The notes under the pieces were generated by a model that did no database searches, was not told where the DNA came from, and was given only the letters and a program-made list of their open reading frames with translations. Positions 27,019 to 32,000 of a stretch of 32,000 bases of DNA are shown here, piece after piece. The position numbers and the translations under genes are program-made. This DNA comes from Candidatus Saccharimonadota bacterium (GTDB lineage Bacteria; Bacteroidota; Bacteroidia; Cytophagales; Amoebophilaceae): assembly GCF_936981045.1 (NCBI RefSeq), contig NZ_OW441264.1, positions 960,001 to 992,000 of the forward strand. The letters are read 5' to 3'. Position 1 is the stretch's first letter, and each line of letters begins with the position of its first letter.

Positions 27019-27534
27019 TTAGTGGTTGTCTACTAATGCTGCCCTGGCGCCGAGTTCTATAACCTCTATATTGTGAATCTTTTTATCATTGATTTCAAAA
27101 CGCAATAGGGTACGCATATGATGCACACCATGGCGTCCAGCAGCACCAGGGTTAAGATAAAGCAGCGGAGGATGTTTTTTGTCATGTATCACACGCAAGA
27201 TATGTGTATGGCCACAAACCAAAATATCAGGTTGTGCTTGGCGCAATTTAGCCTGTATGTGCGGTGTATACAAAGGAGGAGCACCCGCTATATGTGTGAG
27301 CCATACATGCACTTGTTCACATTGAAATTCTTGAAAATCAGGGTATTTTTTCCTTATTGTACGGTCATCAATATTACCATGTACGGCTTTAAAATAGTTA
27401 AAACGATCGAATGTGGGTAGCAATTCGGGATTACCAATGTCTCCTGCATGCCATACCTCATCACACTTTTCAAAGTGATCAAAAATTTTAGGATCCAGCC
27501 ATCCATGGGTATCTGAAAGTAGACCAATTTTCAT
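27019..27534 (-). CDS. YfcE/MJ0936-family metallophosphoesterase
   Basis: 171 aa. MKIGLLSDTHG, VWHAGDIG, GNID, GHTH and NPGA motifs in the canonical order. Confidence 0.88.
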   Translation of the reverse strand: MKIGLLSDTHGWLDPKIFDHFEKCDEVWHAGDIGNPELLPTFDRFNYFKAVHGNIDDRTIRKKYPDFQEFQCEQVHVWLTHIAGAPPLYTPHIQAKLRQAQPDILVCGHTHILRVIHDKKHPPLLYLNPGAAGRHGVHHMRTLLRFEINDKKIHNIEVIELGARAALVDNH

Positions 27535-27666
27535 ATCGGTACGTTGCTTTAAATTTTTTCAAGTAAATTTACTCTGCCATAAAGTAAGATACAAAATAAT
27601 GGTCCAAAATAAGATAACCTAGTTGCTTTTGCCGTTGAGTTCCCCTGTGAGCATAATATAATATAT

Positions 27667-28207
27667 GGTTCTGTCGCGTTTATTCTAAAAAATGATTATT
27701 TTAGTATCTGTAGTTAAAAAAGTAGTTATTATGTTTAATATTTCGCCCAAATTATTACCTTATTTTAAGGGCTATTGTTCTTCAGCAGAAGTCATCCTGT
27801 TATTTGTCTAGATGAAGTGTCGTTTTTCCTTGAGCTATAGAGATTTGGAAGATATGATGCGTATGAGAGGCGCAAGAGTTGATCATTCTACGCTACAAAG
27901 ATGGGTTATTAAGTTTGTTCCTCTTATAGATGAAGCAGTAAGCAAAAGAAAACGACCAGTTGGTGGTAGTTGGAGAATGGATGAAACCTATGTTAAACTA
28001 AACGGGAAGTGGATCTATTTATATAGAGCAGTAGATCGTTATGGTGATACAGTTGACTTTTTTCTATCTGAGCATAGAGACAAGTCTGCAGCTTTTTCTT
28101 TTTTTTGTAAGGCGATCACAGAAAATAATATTCCTAAGAAAGTAGTAATTGACAAAAGCGGTAGTAATAAAGCTGCCCTTGATGCGATCAATACAGAATT
28201 TGATCAT
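27667..28207 (+). pseudogene. older IS6-family copy (copy D): in-frame stop, 3' truncated by IS256-2
   Basis: Left inverted repeat GGTTCTGTCGCGTTTATTC. The transposase frame has TAG where the intact copies have TAC (LLFV*MKCRF). By eye about 90% aa identity to copies A-C. Homology ends at ...NTEFDH, where the IS256-type terminus GGGAAGTGTTCAATGAACTGTGTCACAG begins. Confidence 0.85.
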
Positions 28208-28411
28208 GGGAAGTGTTCAATGAACTGTGTCACAGTGCCGCTCTATCTCAACTCGAACTTTAACCTACTGGGAAAAAAGATGTCGAGCTGAGATATCGTT
28301 AATGCCCATTCTCGCACGGGCATAGTCCACTTTTCTTCCATCTTTTTTATGGCACAATATACTAATTTATACAAGGAATTTATACTGGTAAATGCCCCCT
28401 TTGTCTTATTA

Positions 28412-28652
28412 ACGTGAGTTCGGGATTAGATTATTTTTTCATTTGATAATCAATATCAATGAAAATTTATAAAATTTGTTTTATAGACAGTTAAATAGGT
28501 AGTTGAATAATAAATAATTCTGATAATCAGTTTATTATATATATTATATTTATAAAATTAGATATAAAAACTTGTTAAAATAGGTGCAAATATTAACTAA
28601 ATAATTGATATTAAATTGTTGTAAATCAGTCAAATAAATCACGAACTCACGT
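28412..28652 (+). mobile_element. MITE-A copy M7 (241 bp) inside IS256-2
   Basis: Flanked by TATTA on both sides (28407-28411 and 28653-28657). It sits at the junction of a deletion of about 100 codons in the transposase. Confidence 0.9.
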
Positions 28653-28838
28653 TATTAGGAAAAGTGGTATTTATGGCTGAAGGGAAGCTTTTTAGGCCAT
28701 CAACGCAGGCAATAAGGATATCTTCTACACCCCTTTCCTTAAGTTCGTTAAGTACACCTAGCCAGAAGTTAGCACCTTCACTTTCAGACAAATAGAAGCC
28801 TAATACTTCTTTTTTCCCCTCCTGATCTATGCTTAATA

Positions 28839-29078
28839 ACGTGAGTTCCTGATTTATTTGACTGATTTACAACAATTTAATATCAATTATTTAGTTAATA
28901 TTTGCACCTATTTAACAAGTTTTTATATCTAATTTTATAAATATAATATATATAATAAACTGATTATCAGAATTATTTGTTATTCAACTACCTATTTAAC
29001 TGTCTATAAAACAAATTTTATAAATTTTCATTGATATTGATTATCAAATGAAAAAATAATCTAATCCCGAACTCACGT
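28839..29078 (-). mobile_element. MITE-A copy M8 (240 bp) inside IS256-2
   Basis: Flanked by TAATA on both sides (28834-28838 and 29079-29083). Removing the element plus one repeat restores the transposase reading frame (YTLLSIDQE). Confidence 0.92.
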
Positions 29079-29661
29079 TAATAAGGTATACATGCATTTA
29101 CTTACACATTTTCCATCTTCTTTCACCTTAAAAAACATGCCATCCATAAAAACTATTGGATAAACTGATTGAAGAGGACGGTTACGCCACTCATTTATTA
29201 CCGGTAATAAGCTATCTGTAATAGCCGATATTTCAGCAGCTGGCACTTTATGATCATAAATTTCTTCAACATGAGACGCTATAGAATTATACCTCATACC
29301 ACTAGAAAACATGTTTAAGATCTTGGTTTCCAGCTCAGGATGTAAACTTGTTTGACGCTTTTTAACTATTTGCAGATCGAAACTACCTGTCCTATCCCTA
29401 GGGGTTACTAAATCAAATGAACCAGAGCTTGTACGAAAAGTTTTAGAGCTTTTGCCATTTCTTCTATTATTTTCTCGTGAATCACTAGATAAATGGTATG
29501 CCATTTCACCTTCTAGACTTGCCTCTAGAAGCTTTTTTATCAGAGGCGTTAAAGCACCACCTTTGCCTGTTAAAGGCTTACTTAAACGGATAGAGGATAA
29601 AATATTTGCCTCTAGAAATTTGTAATCTACTAAGCCAACGTAGTCATAAGGACAAGTAATC

Positions 29662-29790
29662 GGAGCTAAAAATCATCTTTCTACTTTTGAGAATTTTGTT
29701 ATGCTAATGGCCGAATAATACCCAATATATATCCAAAACTTCACTTAAAAGAAAAGACGTTACTAACGAAAATATAGAAGCGACAGAATC
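29662..29790 (+). mobile_element. 3'-end fragment of the diverged IS6 variant (second copy)
   Basis: GGAGCTAAAAATCATCTTTCTACTTTTGAGAATTTTGTTATGCTAATGGCCGAATAA (GAKNHLSTFENFVMLMAE*), then ...GAAAATATAGAAGCGACAGAATC (degenerate inverted repeat). Near-identical to 25820-25926. Confidence 0.8.
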
Positions 29791-30591
29791 TATCAAATTG
29801 ACTAAAAAATTAGGTATACTTCTATGGCTGGAATGTTCTATCTGGCTAATATTTTTGAGCTGATCTATAATGGTTTCAATTATAGATCGTTTTCTAAGCA
29901 TCAGTTTATCCCAGAGTGGCATAAAAGCATTTTTCATATTTTTTCTGATCTGGGTAATGAGTTCCACGCCTTTTTCCATCAGTTTTTCAAACAAATCTTT
30001 GCTTATGTAACCTTTATCGGCAAACATTTTACCCATCAAGCGTTTACACAAATCTTCTACAGGAAGCCTATCATTAGTTTTACCTGTAGTGAGTTGAAAG
30101 TTCATAACCTCGCCTAAATCGTTGACTATCAAATGTAATTTGATGCCAAAAAACCAACCAGTACTGGTTTTACCTTTAGTAGCAATTGATGCAAAAACCT
30201 TGTTAGAATGGGCTCTTTTGATGTTACAAACTTTGACAGCCGTAGCATCCATAAAGTAACAGCCTGTTTGGGTTTTAGAAAGACTTTTGGTAAAAAAGTA
30301 AAAGGGAATCAAGGTTCTTTGAACCAGTTCGATGAACCTATTATAGCTTACTAATGTTTTAAACTCATTAGAATGAAACTGCTGTAAATGAAGATAATAA
30401 GCCTTAAAATTTCTAAAACCAATCACGTGAAAGGCAATAATTATAGTCATTATTTCACTTAAAGTTAATGAACAGGTTCTAGTGGGTTTTCTTGCTGAAG
30501 TGGGTAAGAGCTGTTTTTCCATATAGGGCATAAATTTTTTTAAAAACTCATCAACAGCATAATATATTTCTACTAATTTTGCTACATTCAT
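29791..30591 (-). pseudogene. IS982-family DDE transposase lacking roughly the last 20-30 codons (the track ORF 29704-30663 is a chimera with IS6-end read-through)
   Basis: Likely start MNVAKLVEIYYAVDEFLKKF (30591). Motifs YFMDATAVKVC, KGKTSTGWFFGIKLHLIVND.GEVMNF.LT.GKTNDR, FADKGYISK, ITQIRKNMKN and LRKRSIIETIIDQLKNISQIEHSSHRS are typical of IS982. From ...NLIDSVASIF onward the frame reads the IS6 inverted repeat. Confidence 0.8.
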
Positions 30592-30694
30592 AACTGGCTC
30601 CTTTGTTAATTTTGCTACAAACTTGATCTCCAAATTTAAAACACAAAGGGGCTTTTTTAACACAATTTATAAACATTTAATCCCGAACTGACGT
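29791..30694 (-). mobile_element. IS982-family element, 3' truncated (right inverted repeat missing)
   Basis: The outer end at 30679-30694 is AATCCCGAACTGACGT. It contains an IS982-type transposase and is cut at about 29791 by the IS6-variant end. Confidence 0.8.
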
Positions 30695-30717
30695 TATTAA
30701 AAAGCTTAAGTATAAAC

Positions 30718-30957
30718 ACGTGAGTTCGGGATTTATTTGACTGATTTACAACAATTTAATATCAATTATTTAGTTAATATTTGCACCTATTTAACAAGTT
30801 TTTATATCTAATTTTATAAATATGATATATATAATAAACTGATTATCAGAATTATTTGTTATTCAACTACCTATTTAACTGTTTATAAAACAAATTTTAT
30901 AAATTTTTATTAATATTGATTATCAAATGAAAAAATAATATAATCCCGAACTCACGT
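30718..30957 (-). mobile_element. MITE-A copy M9 (240 bp)
   Basis: Perfect termini. 5-bp direct repeat TAAAC at 30713-30717 and 30958-30962. It lies 23 bp from the IS982 end. Confidence 0.9.
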
Positions 30958-31050
30958 TAAACGATTAAAGAAGTAACATAATTTAACCATTTTATAACAC
31001 TAAAAGTCACTTTTTATACCAAAGCTTAAAACTCTATTGCAACGGCCTCA

Positions 31051-31073
31051 GAAAATATAGACGCGACAGAACC
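31051..31073 (+). mobile_element. solo terminal inverted-repeat fragment of an IS6-family element
   Basis: GAAAATATAGACGCGACAGAACC is identical to the terminus at 25904-25926. No adjacent transposase sequence. Confidence 0.6.
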
Positions 31074-31211
31074 CGCTGCTAAGCTAGCTCCTCAGCCATC
31101 TGGCTATGTTATAGAAAAAGCATAAAAACACCCCTTGATTTTTTGCCTACTTTGTAATCAATACAAAAAGTAGGCAAAACTTTCTTGATCCATTTAAGCT
31201 GTTTTTATCCT

Positions 31212-32000
31212 TCATGGCAAAGCGTCCACTACAAATTTATCTTTAGCGAAGCGTAGGACTGGGATATGCTGATTAGAATGCTGTTTGCCATAAGATACGC
31301 CCTGAAAAATAAGGCTACTGTAGTGCATATTTTCCCATTCTTTTTGAAAATAAGTACCATAACGTCCTAGCATTCTACCAAAAAATAGCATCATTTCATA
31401 ACCAATGTAGCTTTTTTCATTGGGGTGCGTACCATTTTTTTCAAAAAACTTCTTTCGAAACGCACTTAAAGCAGGCCTACTATAGTCGATGTAATTGGGG
31501 GATAAGAATAAAATAGGTAACCTTTTCAGTTGATATACATTTAATATCTCCTTTTTGATCCATTGCTCATGGCCTATAATTTGTGGTTTAATACCAAGCT
31601 TTAAGCAGAGACTGATTACGTTAGAGATGAACAACTCATGTTGAGATGGAACATAGATATGGGTTAGTTTTGTGTAATCCAATCTATCTTGTTTCGTACT
31701 TTCAAGTTTTTCTTCTTCTTGATTACTAGCTTGCTTAAAAAAGTTTTTAACCGTTGCACTAGAAAGTTGTACAAACAGATCTATGGGCTTACCTAATTGC
31801 TGCTCAACCCTATGTTTATATAGGGTTGCTTGCAACACCTCTTTCGGGTCCGTACCATAAAAGACGCCTATAGAAGGTTCCGTTGTTGCCTTACCATATA
31901 TATCACTTAGTGTAAGTGCTGCTGCTCTTTGGGCATAAGTTTCTAAATCAGGCTGAAAAAGAAAAGAAAATGGGTTTCCTTGGGTTACCGCAGAATTATT
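31212..32000 (-). CDS. hypothetical protein, possibly periplasmic-binding-protein (type I) fold; 5' end outside the window
   Basis: The track ORF starts at a GTG (31838). My translation shows the frame stays open to position 32000 (NNSAVTQGNPFSFLFQPDLETYAQRAAALTLSDIYGKATTEPSIGVFYGTDPKEVLQATLYK...). The function guess rests only on a general resemblance to Leu/Ile/Val-binding-type domains. Confidence 0.55.
   Translation of the reverse strand, partial: NNSAVTQGNPFSFLFQPDLETYAQRAAALTLSDIYGKATTEPSIGVFYGTDPKEVLQATLYKHRVEQQLGKPIDLFVQLSSATVKNFFKQASNQEEEKLESTKQDRLDYTKLTHIYVPSQHELFISNVISLCLKLGIKPQIIGHEQWIKKEILNVYQLKRLPILFLSPNYIDYSRPALSAFRKKFFEKNGTHPNEKSYIGYEMMLFFGRMLGRYGTYFQKEWENMHYSSLIFQGVSYGKQHSNQHIPVLRFAKDKFVVDALP

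Larger units (their letters stand above)
28208..29661 (-). mobile_element. IS256-family element (IS256-2), a different lineage from IS256-1: 5' truncated, internally deleted, carrying two MITE-A insertions
   Basis: Three transposase pieces on the minus strand. (1) 29661-29079: PITCPYDYVGLVDYKFLEANILSSIRLSKPLTGKGGALTPLIKKLLEASLEGEMAYHL...KCMYTLL. (2) 28838-28653: SIDQEGKKEVLGFYLSESEGANFWLGVLNELKERGVEDILIACVDGLKSFPSAINTTFPN. (3) 28411-28243: NKTKGAFTSINSLYKLVYCAIKKMEEKWTMPVREWALTISQLDIFFPSRLKFELR*. Confidence 0.85.

Noticed and set aside
27118-27420. 100-aa plus-strand ORF
   Set aside because: Antisense shadow inside the metallophosphoesterase gene.
29824-30117. 97-aa plus-strand ORF
   Set aside because: Antisense shadow inside the IS982 transposase.
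970-30957. Whether the recurring ~241-bp repeats could be a CRISPR array or another short-repeat array
   Set aside because: The units are about 240 bp and occur in both orientations. They are dispersed over 30 kb with gene-sized or irregular spacing, and they have their own terminal inverted repeats and target duplications. There are no 25-40 bp repeat/spacer periodicity and no cas genes.

Overview
AT-rich window of roughly 35% GC by eye. Single-copy housekeeping genes are interleaved with a very dense load of mobile DNA. I estimate about 30% of the window is IS elements, IS debris or MITE-like repeats.

Housekeeping genes recognised from their translations: ileS (5' part, runs off the left edge), accA, ruvA, yidC, a GT2 polyprenol-phosphate glycosyltransferase, uvrC, a secreted TPR-like protein, a small putative lipoprotein, an M50 site-2 protease, an ABC-F ATPase, lepB, RNase P RNA (rnpB, type A), an archaeal-type proS, a LolC/E-type permease, tsaD, tatD, a YfcE-type metallophosphoesterase, and a partial periplasmic-binding-fold-like gene at the right edge.

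Mobile DNA:
- Three more than 99% identical, intact 833-bp IS6-family elements. There is also one older truncated copy and three fragments of a diverged variant.
- Two IS256-family elements, both pseudogenised, plus one 3' remnant.
- One 3'-truncated IS982-family element.
- Three remnants of one IS3-family end.
- A group II intron reverse-transcriptase fragment.
- Nine copies of a roughly 241-bp AT-rich MITE. Its terminal inverted repeat matches the end of the IS982 element, and it makes 5-bp target duplications.
- A second, roughly 260-bp inverted-repeat element family. It sits immediately upstream of proS and the ABC-F gene, and a deleted copy supplies a terminator-like hairpin downstream of the ABC-F gene.

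I see no CRISPR array, tRNA or rRNA gene, or recognisable defence or toxin operon. The most interesting content is the two non-autonomous element families, the nested-insertion chronology, and one small secreted protein with a degenerate ubiquitin-specific-protease-like motif order.

Gene content and IS load are consistent with a Bacteroidota intracellular symbiont of the Candidatus Amoebophilus type. That is a recollection-level guess and needs a BLAST check. All coordinates of repeat boundaries are hand-derived and may be off by a few nt.
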